63,220 bases of DNA, filler included, from 15 parts of 15 records of this genome joined end to end with filler, not necessarily neighbours in it, one strand, 5' to 3'. Shown: positions 1 through 11,823, counted from the whole stretch's first letter. Notes: generated from the sequence alone by a model not told the origin. Program-made: numbers and translations.

Positions 1-244
1 CATGAAGAAAAGCTGTACACCACAGAGTTTGGCGCTGGAAACCAGCCCGCGAAGCTGTAGCGAGGAACCGTATACATACTAGCAAGGAGGCAAGTCGGGA
101 TGAACGGAGTCCGGGGGTGAGTAAACACTTCTTTTTTGGCAACCTGGTCAGAGCGTGTATGGCGGACACTTTTGTTTCCTGGCGCTGGTTCGGAGACACG
201 CGCGGACATCCCAACACAAAGACGGCATGGTTGCATTTCAATCA

Positions 245-1204
245 TTATTTTGGTCCCGCATTGCCCAACACCAGTATCGATCCTTGTGGCAGTGGTCGAA
301 GGCAGAGTAACACCATCTCTCGGTCACAGCCGCTAGAGACAGGCCCGGTGATGTCCATGTACTCCACACAGAACACTGCTTTCAGTGCGGTGATGTAGGC
401 TTGCTCCGTGTGCACCCGCCGCCGCGGAAAGCACAAGAAACAGGTATGCTGTTCCAAACCGCACTTGGTCCGCTCACTCAGCACTAAGCTGGACCGTGCT
501 GAGCCCCCGTCAGCAGCGCCAACAGGGGACTGCGGCAGCAAGAAAGATAGCGTTGACAGCAGGGAACCAAAGGTCTCATCGTTGTCATAGAGCACATCCG
601 CCGCGAGCACAACACTACCATCAGAGTGAGCTGCCGCTCGATCTTGCCAACTCTGCAGCGTAGGCGGCAGCGCGCTTCCCCATCGGTACCGCGATAGATC
701 AGGGCTACACACGCGGTGGGGACATTGCTCTAGCCACGTGGCGTGTGCTTCAAAATTATCTTGGGCTAACCGCAGTGCTGATTCATCCATATCAGTTGCA
801 ATGACCTCCCTGGCGCCAAGTGCGGCGGCAGTGAGGGCTGTGAGGCCTGTTCCACAGCCGAGCTCGAGCACGGACAGGCCACGAACGACGTTAGGATGCG
901 AGCACAGCCAGCGTGACAGCACTACGCCCGCGTCATAGATTGCCCCGCCAGTCTCTGCTACTGAGAGGTAGCGCTGCTCAAGCTGTAGCCCGAGTGGAAG
1001 TCCTTCGAGCTGGAATTGGCGGTGCGGGTCCCTGTACTTAATCGATGCAGTGCCACTCGCAGCATCGGCGGCGGGAATAGGAAGGCCTTCGTCGTCCGAG
1101 CTTGAGCTGTCTACAAGTGCAGCCACAAAGTCTGCAGCCAGCTCCGCCCCATCGCGGCCGTCCAACTCGCTCGAGCTGTCTGAGCCGTCTAGTCTGTCTG
1201 TCAT
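245..1204 (-). CDS. METTL21/Methyltransf_16-family class I SAM-dependent protein methyltransferase
   Basis: Intact 319-aa ORF with TGGAIYDAGVVL, motif I VLELGCGTGL, VIATD and VLAADVLYD. Confidence 0.85.
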   Translation of the reverse strand: MTDRLDGSDSSSELDGRDGAELAADFVAALVDSSSSDDEGLPIPAADAASGTASIKYRDPHRQFQLEGLPLGLQLEQRYLSVAETGGAIYDAGVVLSRWLCSHPNVVRGLSVLELGCGTGLTALTAAALGAREVIATDMDESALRLAQDNFEAHATWLEQCPHRVCSPDLSRYRWGSALPPTLQSWQDRAAAHSDGSVVLAADVLYDNDETFGSLLSTLSFLLPQSPVGAADGGSARSSLVLSERTKCGLEQHTCFLCFPRRRVHTEQAYITALKAVFCVEYMDITGPVSSGCDREMVLLCLRPLPQGSILVLGNAGPK

Positions 1205-1727
1205 GCCTGCCGCTTGACAGCTACCGGCGAAACTCGTCGTGCATGATTATGTCACTGCAGTGACGGCGTGTGCCACAACGGCCTCAGCTACACATCAATG
1301 CAGCGCCTGCGTGCAGGGAAAACAGGGCAAATTGGCCACGTTCCCGAGGCGGCTCGGAGCGAGAGCCGGCCACAATACGCTCTCACCGACCCCGCCGTGC
1401 ACGATCCGTGGAACAGCTACCCTCAATCATCCGAATAAACGGCGCTATCGCTGGGTCTGCCCACTGGCTAGCCCCCCTAGTCCCATGCGCTTGCCCGACA
1501 CGGCACGGAGCCATCATCACCATTTCCGCACATCATGCATGCGCGCGAGCGCCGGCGGCGCTCTCCCCCGCTCGTTTGACGGGCTCGGGGGTCGGGGCTC
1601 AGTGTGCATGGGCATCGACATGTTCGTGTACTAGTAGCCATCTACGGCTGCAGTGCACTGGCAGTGGCCACAGGGTAGGGTGCTAGTAGAGTGCTACGGC
1701 AGTGAAAAAGGAAGGCGGGTTGGTGAA

Positions 1728-3703
1728 ATGGAGGCTGCGGTAGAGGAGGGCGTGCCGCCGCTCGAAGCCACGCCGGCGTTGGCGGGGCCGGGACCGAGGC
1801 CGGGACCGGGGCCGCTGACGAGCCAGCGGTCGGAGCGCGAGCTTCGGGAGAGATTTTGCGAGCCCGATGCTGCACGCGAACAGGCGACCTTTCGGTCTCT
1901 GTCGGCGTCAAATTACAAGAAGAAGGTGCTCGATGAGCACTTACCCAACTCTGACTGGCGCGCGACGCTACCTGCTCTGGATGGGCTGGAAGCAGCTGGC
2001 GCACTCGGCTGGCCTAATGATCTGAACCGCTGCGCCAGCCAGGACAGAGCTCTTGGCACGTACCGTGAGCTAGTTGCGGCCCGAAAGTTTGATGAGCTTG
2101 CTGTGCTGGTGTGGACGTTTGGCGACGATCTGAACCTGCCGGAGGTGTACAGCGGCGCAAACAGCACGATTCTGTGCGACGACCCGGCGCGACTGGACGT
2201 CTACAGCGGCTTCATGTCGTCAGTCAACCGTTACATTGAGGCGCAGCCTGCGCAGCCTGCACAGGTGGAGCTCTTCCGCGGAACAACCATCGGCGCAAGC
2301 CAGCGCGCCGCGCCACAGCCTGATGGACTGGGCGCGTTCGAGCCATTCAGGCAGCCCTACTACGCGGCCGCGTCAGCGGACGAAGCCCAGGCCGCAAAGT
2401 TTGCCACAGATGGCGCCCCGATCATCAAGTACGTCGTCCCAGCTGGCTTCACCCGATGTGCGGAGCTGCCTGCGGTGCTCACCGCGTTCCCACGGGAGAG
2501 AGAGTGGTTGATCATGCCGTACACGGGGATGCGGTACAGGGGGCAGGAGCAGCGAGAGTTTCCAGCAGCGGGAGTGGATTGCGATGAGGGATTACGCGAG
2601 CGACGTCTGGTTGTGACCTTTGAGCTTGTCTTCGAGGAGGCTATGCCACCTGACGCGCCGTCGCATCTGATGGTCTGCGTGCCGCCATCAGAGCAATGCC
2701 TGTTCCGCGGTGCGTACAACGATGAAAGTGATGAGGGGCGTGACCCGGACGTACCGCTCAATGCGGTGGCTCTAGTCATCGGAGTTCAGAACTACGAGGG
2801 AGCGCGCGAGCTTAAGAACACGCTGAGCGATGCGAAGGCCATCGCGGACAAGTTTGAGGGCATGGGCTTCGACGTGATGTCGCTGACAGACAAGAACGCG
2901 GAGGGCGGCAAAGTTGACGTGGACCAGATCGAAGACGCAATCGACTCACTTGTCGAGAAAGTTGACAAGAACACGATCGCCGTCTTTGCCTTCATGGGTC
3001 ACGGAGCCGAGCAGACAGACCACAACGGTACAAGGAAGCACTACCTCATCCCCCAGGAATTTCCAGAGAAAAAGCGCCTGGCCAGGAAGGCTGTTGACCA
3101 GCACCAGATCTTGGATAAGCTCAAGGCGAAGAGTCCGCTCGTCACACTAATGATCCTGGACTGCTGCCGCGAGAAGGCAGATGTGCGCGCCGGCTACGGC
3201 GGGGGCGAAGGCCTCAAGGGGCTCGCTGGACCGGCGGGCTCGCTGGTGATGTACGCAACGGGCGAGGGCGGCTATGCCAAAGACGGCTTGGGCGGCAGTG
3301 AGCACGGCGTCTTTACGGAGGCGCTGCTGAAAGTCATGGACAGACCAGGACTCAATCTGGTCGAAATGTGCCAGACAGTCAGGGAAGAGGTCAACTCCTT
3401 GACCGCTGGCGAGCAGGTGCCAGACATTAAGCCAGGCGGTGAGGCCATCTATGAAATCCCGAGGCTGCAAAAGATCTCGCTGGTTGCCAAAACTGCAGGA
3501 CAGCAGCCAGGAAGAAGCAACACACTCGGAAGGACCAACACGTCTCAGCTTGAGGAAGCCAGGAGAGACGCCAAGAGAGAGAGAGACCTGAGACTGATGT
3601 TCGAGCGCAAGTCTGCCGAAAGCGAAAGTCTCTTACAGGCTGTCATTGAGGCTGGTCAACCTCCAAAGCTGTCGCCAGAGCCAGAGCCGGAGCCGGAGCC
3701 GGA
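1728..3703 (+). CDS. Mono-ADP-ribosyltransferase (R-S-E type) fused to a caspase-like peptidase C14 domain; 3' truncated
   Basis: ART motifs LFRGT (Arg 2277), YAAASADEAQAAKF and FPREREWLIMP (ExE 2496-2504). C14 motifs ALVIGVQNY, FMGHG (His 3000) and ILDCCR (Cys 3165). First ATG is at 1728; the ORF runs into the spacer in a PE repeat. Confidence 0.8.
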
Positions 3704-3803
3704 NNNNNNNNNNNNNNNNNNNNNNNNNNNNNNNNNNNNNNNNNNNNTTAATTAATTAANNNNNNNNNNNNNNNNNNNNNNNNNNNNNNNNNNNNNNNNN
3801 NNN
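3704..3803. other. Artificial contig spacer (44 N + TTAATTAATTAA + 44 N), one of 14
   Basis: The same linker, with stops in all frames, also starts at 7843, 11624, 16933, 21910, 26474, 31616, 34993, 41365, 44826, 48336, 51473, 55110 and 59387. Confidence 0.99.
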
Positions 3804-4129
3804 CTCTGACCACCTCGCGTCGCTGCTTTTTGTTGCGAATTATCAGCGAAATTCGTGTTATTTTGACTCCGCGGAGTGTTACATTCTGCATCTCAACCAT
3901 CTTCGATGACCCATGAGATTCTTGAGTCGTCCGTCCGCCCAATTTTCTCGTACATAATTCGGTATATAATTCATTTTTCAATTAATGCTTAATAAGAGAT
4001 TGTAATTGGTCAACAATCTCGTACATAACTCAGCCTAAAATACAGTTTTTGTAAATAGTGAATCAGAGATTCAATTTGGACCACCCACGGACGGTAGAGA
4101 GGAAAGACTACCACGCCGTACACCGTGTG

Positions 4130-4201
4130 TTTGACTGGCGATTTGACTGGCGATTTGACTGGGCAAGTGACTGCGGAAAGTGACTGGGGAAGTGAGTGGC
4201 G
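4130..4201 (+). repeat. Degenerate ~12-bp tandem array (6 units, TGACTG core) abutting a start codon
   Basis: TTTGACTGGCGA x2, TTTGACTGGGCA, AGTGACTGCGGAA, AGTGACTGGGGA, AGTGAGTGGCGA, running into the ATG at 4202. Confidence 0.8.
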
Positions 4202-6503
4202 ATGGCGACGGGCGTCGCCGACGTCGAGGGCTACTTCTACGCTGGGTACGGGATCTGGGCGCTGCGCCCCGGAGCCTCGGCGTCAGTGCCGTCGACGCTG
4301 CCGGCGGCGCGCTGGGCGGTCCCGGAGCTCCCGTTGCGGGACGGCCGTGGTGGGCCGAAGGCGGAGCCAGCTGCGGCTGCGAGCGAGTACGTCGCAGTTG
4401 AGACGCAGGGGAAAGCTTCAGCTGCCCCGGGCCCCGCTCCACAGAAGCAGAAGCAGGAGCAGTCGGAGAAATCGAAGCAGAAGGCGCAGCCGAAGAAAGC
4501 GGTCGGCGAGCCAGTAGACGAGATGTCGGATGCAGACATGGCGGAACGCTTGCGGGCGGAACGCTTGGGGCGTCTCGACGCGGGCAAGCAAGCTGGCGGC
4601 GGCGCGCCGTCGCTGCGCCCCGCGTCGCTACGCCCTGGCGGACCTTCGCTCCGACCCGCGGCCCCCCTGGCACCGCCCTCTCCGAAACGATCCGGGTCAG
4701 GACCGCCCGACGCGCTCGGCGCGAGCAGCTCAGTGCATAAGCTCGGGACGTATCAGTATACAAAGCAGCAGCTAATCGAGCACGGAAAGACGTGAGCAGT
4801 TAGCTCCATCAGCCTTGGCGTGATTGGGGGTCAGACCGTTGATTATTGTGTGCGCGCGTGCGTGTGCGTGTGTGTGTAGCCGCGGGGCGCAGGGCAAAGT
4901 GCAAGTCGACCCGATCTTTGCCGTGAAAGCCGTGCCGCCCGCTGCACTTGCGCTGCCTTTCGCGACAGAGTCGGCGCTTGCCAAAAACAAGAGCAGCGAT
5001 GGCGAGCAACCGCGCACTCGCGAATGGCAGCAACAGCCGGCGGGGACCAAAGGGAAGGGGGCAAAGATTGAAGGCCCGCCGCAACCGCTGCGTGCGCACA
5101 TCGGCGGCTTTGACCGCATGCCTTCTCGTGCGGAGCGCGAAGCTGACGCTGCACGACCGCAAAGTGCTGCCACGCCAAGTGCTGGGAACGGTATACTCCC
5201 GAAGGCCAGCTCGTCGAAGGCGGCGTTGTTGCAACAGCAGCTAGCACAGGGCAACAATACAGACGTTACTCAAGCCATCAATCAGCACCAAGTCACACAG
5301 GAGAAACGAGCAGAGAAGATAGAGAAGAACGAAGCGCGGAAAGAGAAGCAGCGCCTGAAGAACAAAGAGAAAGCAGAGAAGAAAGAAGAAGAACGCAAGG
5401 CGAAGCTAGAGAAGCAGAGAAAAGAGGCAGAGGAAGAGAACCAGAAGTGGCTGCAGAGAAAGGTCGATCAAGCAGCTGCCAACAAGGCGCGGTTCGAGCA
5501 GGAGCGTCAAGAGGCCGAAAAGAGTCGCGCAGCTACGGCGAGTTCCTGGCGACGCGGGGAGGACGAACCCCTGCCCGCGTTTCAGGCTCGACCTGCGCCA
5601 GGCGGAATCCTCAAAAAGCCGGGCGCGGGTCCCGGGCGCTCACCACCACTCGACGCGCAGAAGGCGCCGGATACAAGCCCACCACAACAACAGAAGGTGT
5701 CTAATGGCAGTGGTGTCCCGGCTGACTTTCAGTTAGGCTCGCGTGGAGGCAGCACAGGCGACCGTGACGCAGACTGGCGTGGGAATGGTGCCGGGCCGAC
5801 GTCGAAGCCCCGTGGGGCGGCCAATGACCCGAGCCGCGCCAGCAGTGGCATGCCGAACGAAGGCGCTGAAATGGGAGCGTTGGCTTTCCTGAACTCGAAT
5901 TTTATGCAACAACCGGCGCCGCCTCGGCAGCAGCCTTCCGCATCGATACCATCACAGGCCAGCGACTTTGGCGCCGGTTTACCTTCGACTGGTGATGGGA
6001 AGTCACGGGAAGACAAGGTCGTTGGAAGACATGACATGCAAATGCCCAGTTCCTTTGGACCGTCTCGGCGGAAGCAGCGGCCGTCGCAACCGCAGCAGGG
6101 CATGTTTCAAGGGAGCGCTGGGGCGCCAGAGAATGTCGCACCATCTGTGGCGAACTTCTTCGCGTCTCTACAAGGCAGTGGCGGGGCACCGGCTCCCGCC
6201 CCCGCCCCTGCACCTGTGGCACCCCCTCAACACGCTCAGCTTTCTAACCAAACGATGGGCGGCGGTAGCACGATTGCCGCTGGAGGCGGTAATAGTGGCA
6301 TGGCCCCATCGGTTGCGAGCTTCTTCGCTAGTGCAGCTGCGGCGCCTGCTGCTAAGTCTGCTGCACCGCCAGCGCCTGCCGATTCAACGAGAACCTCGAT
6401 GGCTCCGTCGGTTGCGAACCTTTTCGCCATGGCGGAAGGCAAAGCAGTGGCACAGCCCACGATTAGCACGCTAGGCCCAGGTGGAATTCCGTTTGGCAGG
6501 TAG
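4202..6503 (+). CDS. Low-complexity/coiled-coil protein with candidate eIF4E-binding motif; 2 exons (4202-4791, 4880-6503)
   Basis: A phase-2 GTGAG...TAG intron at 4792-4879 joins two ORFs in frame. Contains SLRPGG, YTKQQLI, a K/E-rich coiled coil and three APSVAxxFA repeats. Confidence 0.7.
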
Positions 6504-6806
6504 GCTGCGGAACAGGCCGAAAAGGCCGACGGGAAGGTGAACAGCGACGCCGAAGGAAGCAGGCAGGAGCAGGAGGAAGAGGCGGGAGGAGATGGGAGAA
6601 GTGGCAAGGATTTGAGGAAGACAAAGGGAAACGAGGATGAGTAAAGCAAAGGGAGAAGAGGTCGCAAAGTCATCGATGTCGTTGATGCAGACGACGATTA
6701 CGCAGACTGGAGGCGATACAGAGCCTGTAAACTGGATTGATTAAAAACGGGTTATGTATGCACACTACGGTACCATGGCACGATGGCGACATATGATGAT
6801 GACATG

Positions 6807-7482
6807 TCAGCCCGGATAGTCCCCCAGCGCACGCCTGCCGGCGTCAACGGCACCCAGCGCGCCCCGTGTCCCTTGGTGCCCCGAACCCCTGGATTGCGCG
6901 TTTGCAATGAACATCTCTTGCTTCTGCCGCAAGGCGAGCTGCTCCATCTGCTCCCCGTGCTTCCGTTTGAGCTTGTCGATTCTCGACTTGAGGCTCTGCG
7001 CGGTGCAGCAGCGAATGATCAGCCCACTGCCTTCGCAAACAAGCGCAGTGTCCGCTGCAATACGTGAAAATGTACGGCAGTGCAATCGCCGTGCGCACCG
7101 CGTTTTCAACGAGGGTAGCCTCCAGCGTTGTTCTCATTTCTGCCACGCCTTGCTGTGCAGCCAAGACCGAGCGCTGCGCGTTCTGCTCTACCTGCTTCGA
7201 CAGCCTCTCGTAGTGGTCCTTGGCCTCCTGCATCTTGGCGCGCATTTCCGTGATCTCTACCTCTACCTGTGCCAGCACGTCGTTCTTTCGTCGGTCGGCT
7301 GCGCGCAGCTCCGCCACGGTCTGCTCTAGCTCCCGTAACCTTAGATCCTTGCCTTTGGACTGCTGCGCGAGCGCCGTGAAGGCTTCTCGCATGTGGTCCA
7401 GGCCAGCGGTTCGCAGCGCCAGCAGGCTCTCTAGCTGGCCGCTAGCCAGACGGGCGGAAGCCAGGCTCACGGCATCCGCCAT
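6807..7482 (-). CDS. Small coiled-coil protein of unknown function; 2 exons (7482-7099, 6995-6807)
   Basis: A phase-0 GTGCGC...GCAG intron at 7098-6996 joins two helical, heptad-rich ORFs. Confidence 0.7.
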
Positions 7483-8724
7483 ACTGTCTGATGCCCGTTC
7501 CAGCAGGCGGCGCTCAGCGAGATATCACTGGGCTCCTCCGTCACGGTCCGGGCGGCGAGGCCATCGCCTGCCAGCGGAACTCCCCACCCTTCCACACCGC
7601 CCGGGGTGCCGACAACCGGATGTGCGTGCTGCGAGCCGCCGATCGCAAGCAGCCAGTGGCACTCTACAGCTGTACCATCCCCTCCGCTGGCCAGACGTCC
7701 AAGACCGTGACACGCATGTCCTGCAACCACGAGCTTCGCAGTTCGTCGGTGCCACCCACCCAGGCACGCATGCAGACACACAGGCCTACATCGACTTCAG
7801 GTACCCGGCCCAAATCGCCATTTGGCGGTTACCGAATCAGTANNNNNNNNNNNNNNNNNNNNNNNNNNNNNNNNNNNNNNNNNNNNTTAATTAATTAANN
7901 NNNNNNNNNNNNNNNNNNNNNNNNNNNNNNNNNNNNNNNNNNAAGGCTCTTTAGTTCAGCCTTTTGCATCAGGATCATTTGTGCGCGCTCGTAGTGACGC
8001 TCGGACTCCTCTCTATTTGCGTTGCGCTGACCACGCGCTGTAGCGCGAACAGCGCGCACAGGTCTAAGACAATCTCCACCTCAGGCGCTGCGCGCCTGGG
8101 CTTCCCGTTTGTGGGGGTTTCCACTTGTGCAATCGCCATGTGGGGGCCGTCCTCGACAGATGCGATGCGGCAGCGAGAGATCAAGTGGGAGAAGCTACCC
8201 GGGTACCGGTATGCCCAAGGGCAGCGCCAATCGTCTGGACGACTGGGCCCGCATTGACCTGGTGCTGCTGCAGCCCCAGCTTGGCTCAGCTTAGCGAGGG
8301 AGGAGGCCGGAGAGCCGGGGGTCGCTGGGGTTTCTATACGTGTGACTAGCCCAGCGTCTTTGTAGCGGCGAATGTGTTGAAGGATGTTGTGTGTTCTTGA
8401 TTCTTGAGTTTTTTGATATGTCATGTCATGCCATGTTGAACACATGTACCGAGAGAGAAGGCCCGACCAAAAGTCGGTCAATGGCGACTCACCAAGTCAC
8501 CATCCGTCATGCCATGTCCGCGGTCTCACCTCTAGCTATCATAGTACCGTATACATGTACAAAAAGCTCAAAATACGGCTGGGTTCATTGAACAAACATG
8601 TACTGTACCGCATGACCCGCTACACTTCCACATCTTCCACCACTTGCCAACCTTGTTGATCGACCGGCCACGTTTCACATTGCGAAGGGCACGTCGCCGA
8701 CACTCTGCCCCACATCACTTCTAG

Positions 8725-8925
8725 GTAAAACGCCGGCAGCGCCACTGGTTGAGCCCCTCACTTCGGTGCAAAAAATGCTTGGACGAGGTATACTGCAAGG
8801 TGTGTAAGGTGTACAAGCCGCTCGGCATTGGTTTGGACACGCGGGGTGACAAACTGGTGCCCTTTGGTGTCGGCGATGTTGAATTCCTGTGGAAATGCTC
8901 CATGTTCATTAGTCACTGGACATAA
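8725..8925 (+). pseudogene. Possible decayed zinc-finger fragment
   Basis: Stop-bounded frame with no early ATG, containing RCKKC...YCKVCK, inside about 1.5 kb that has no coherent gene model. Confidence 0.2.
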
Positions 8926-9517
8926 GCCGAATGAACTCATCGAGAGAAGCTGCGTACAGTGAATTCATGTTCAAAGAATCACGAGTCCGGTCACCCGGAT
9001 ATGCTCACTGGTCAACTTTAACACAAGCTCAGTACCAGCAACGTTGGCCAAAACCTTCGGAGCAATATAATGACCGCCCTCTGGAGGAACAATTTTGCGC
9101 AGAAAGTCAACATGAGGGTTCGCAGTGGCTACATTGGGTTTAGGGTACACAGGCCTGGACTCGACAAGGCCTGTGGATCACTGCGTTCCTGCATGTAAAC
9201 CTTGCTCGTTGTCTGTCGTGTCCCGACCGAAGTACTCGCCACGTGCAGTTCAGATTGATCAGAACACGGTGGGGACAGTGTTTGTCAAAGGGCCACAGAA
9301 TCCACAGACTGAGGGTGCACTTTTTTTGTCAAGCCGCCGTTGGCAGCGCTCATTTAGCAATCGTGACGGCTCAGCTGAGAGCAAACGGTGTGCACGTTGT
9401 GAGCTGCGATGCTCCAAACGTTTAGTCATTTGTTCTGCCGCACTCGTTTGCGCCGATCTAAGTACCGGTATTAGGTGAAGTAAGACTTCACAAATGAAAC
9501 TATCGCAGTGGCATTCC

Positions 9518-11623
9518 TCACCAACCAGACCAATTCGTTGCATCTGAAGACTTGGCCGGTGGTATCTCATCATCAAGTGTCCTCTGGCTACCATTAGCGC
9601 TGATGAGACTGTCCCAAGACACGATATCGATACGTTCCACTAAACCGAGCGCTGCCGCTTCTTCGAGTGTCTCCGAGCATTGTGTGCAGCCAAGGCTGCT
9701 GTGCATTTGCAGACTCTGCCAACAGTGTTGCCCCACCAGCTCGCCACCGGCAGCGTGGGGTGGGCAATGTGCCCGTGCCGCCCTGGTCAGACGGCTAGGT
9801 GGGGCGTTGTTGTGGCCCATGGTCGTTTCCACCAAACTGTCACACTGCTTCCGCAACTGCTCATTCTCTATCTCAAGATCATGCACACTTTTTCGCAAAC
9901 GTGTGGCTTCGATCCGCAGCGGCAGCGAGGTACTTGTGGAAGAGGGCTGCTGCTTTTGCTGCTTTTGCTTCTGCTGCTGCTGCTGGCTGTTAGTGTTATC
10001 ATTAGCCATAGCTTGCTTCTGAGATGGGTGGCTGCTATATTCGTCTCTCGATCCACGGGAAGGGCGCAGTAGCTTCTTACCAGTTTGCTCGACCTGCCAC
10101 GTGTGCAGCTTGCTGCCACCACTCGCACCTCTGCTCCTTCCTCCTGCGTCTGCCCTCCTTCCCCGCCCGAGTGACTGCCCTTCCTGCTCAATACTGTCTG
10201 CCGCCGAGCGTGGATAGTGCAGTGAGCGTTGCTCCGACCGTACAGTCGCTGACGACCGCCGCAAAACCCAAGCCGCCCTAGCTGCATCTACACCAGCCAA
10301 TTTGCTGCCGTCACTTAAGCTGAGGAGAGTGTCGGACGCCACGCGCTCCTGTGTGGAGAATGCATCTGGCGTTTGACGCAATTCCATCTTCTGTTGGCTT
10401 GTCCCAAATCGTCGATTCGCTCTACGTGTGCATGTGCTGTCAAATTCTGCACCAGAACCAATCCTTGCCATCGCGGAGCGAGGACGCTGTCGCCGACTGC
10501 GTCCAGTGGAACTACTCGTGCGACAGTCGCGGGCAGCCACTCGTGGTCGCCTACGCTGGCGTGGCTGGCGCATGTGGCTTGTTGCTGCAGCTAAGTCTGG
10601 TGGTGGTGGCGGAGGCGCGGATGCGCCGTCTGTTACGGATGCATCGTCAGATTGCGCCTGAGTGGAGCTCGCCCAGGCTAAATCGACCTGCTCCAACCCA
10701 TCCAAAGTCCCTCTTAGTGCTGAGCCTCCGTGTGGGCACTCACACAACTGTCCAAACCTACCTGCATCGACACCAAATTGTACGAACTGTTCAGCTTGGT
10801 GGCCAGAAGCTCCTGTCGCAGTCGCTCCGCCTCCGCCTGTGCCTGCCGTAGCACCTCATCGTCGACCGATAAAGTCACGGGCTCCGGGACAGGCTCAGCA
10901 GCCAGCGTGGTCTGCTCCGGGCCGATCTGGAGCAGTTCTGCCGCGGCACTCGCCGTTGCTGCCTCACGAATCGCCAACGCCTCCTCCGATTCTTGTCGAC
11001 GCGCGATCGCTTCCGCTTCACGCGCGTACTCACGCAGCCGCGCACGAAGCCGTTGTCTCTCAGCATCGGAGGCCTCGGCTGCCTGCATCGCCGCGACGCG
11101 CGACGCCTCAGCAACAGCGTCTGCTTGGCGCTCAGCCGCCGCGCGAGCGGCAGCGGCGCTTGTTTCAGCTCGAGCCTTGAACGCGTCTGCCGATCGTGTC
11201 ACCGACCAAAGTTCGTTCTCCAGCCGCACGACCTCTGCCTTTGCCGCGGAGAGATCGCTTGCGGCGGTGCTTCGGACGTGTTCCAGCTCCGTGCGCAGGC
11301 TCGCGAGTTCTGTCTCGGCTGCCTGCAGCAGCAGCTGCTCCATGGTCGTTTTGTCAGCATCGTCCTGTGCTAGCCACGTCGCCCTCAGCCGCAGGTCAGG
11401 TCCCCAGTGGGTCTCTAGCTCTGCTCGCAAGCTTCCCAGTCCCCGATCCTGCAGCTTGGCGATGCTGAACTCATGCCCCGCGTGCGCCCAGATGCGTTCG
11501 AGCGCCACGATCTGCAGCAGGTCGAAGCCTTGCTCCCCCAGCCACCCACGCGCCTGCAGCCGTGCCTGCAGCCCGAGCTGCTCATTTGTACCGAGCTCCA
11601 GCTCCGGCTCCGGCTCCGGCTCC
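9518..11623 (-). CDS. Coiled-coil/low-complexity hypothetical protein, 5' truncated; exons 11623-10762 and 10687-9518
   Basis: Begins in a PE repeat at the contig end. A phase-0 GTAGG...GCAG intron at 10761-10688 joins the ORFs. Contains A/E/R-rich coiled coils and poly-Q. Confidence 0.7.
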
Positions 11624-11737
11624 NNNNNNNNNNNNNNNNNNNNNNNNNNNNNNNNNNNNNNNNNNNNTTAATTAATTAANNNNNNNNNNNNNNNNNNNNN
11701 NNNNNNNNNNNNNNNNNNNNNNNAAAAAAAGCTGATG

Positions 11738-11753
11738 CAGTCTCATCGACACC
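11738..11753 (+). repeat. Dispersed 16-bp repeat CAGTCTCATCGACACC (second copy 41465-41480)
   Basis: Identical 16-mer at or near the start of two different contigs, each 70-110 bp upstream of a + strand ATG. Confidence 0.7.
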
Positions 11754-11823
11754 ACGTGGCTCGTGGCACGTGGCACGGTGGCACGTGTTGTGCGTGCGCG
11801 CGAGCGAGCGTCGACGAGCAATC

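Noticed and set aside
6501-6740. Coding-looking sequence past TAG and TAA, suggesting stop-codon reassignment
   Set aside because: TAA/TAG end conserved proteins where expected (AP1G1, GH31, GH32) and never interrupt conserved exons. A purine-rich 3' UTR or an alternative donor at 6500 is simpler.
10730-11671. Long antisense or overlapping ORFs (also 22439-23371, 48466-49623 and many others)
   Set aside because: Shadow ORFs expected opposite GC-rich coding sequence; they carry no recognisable motifs.
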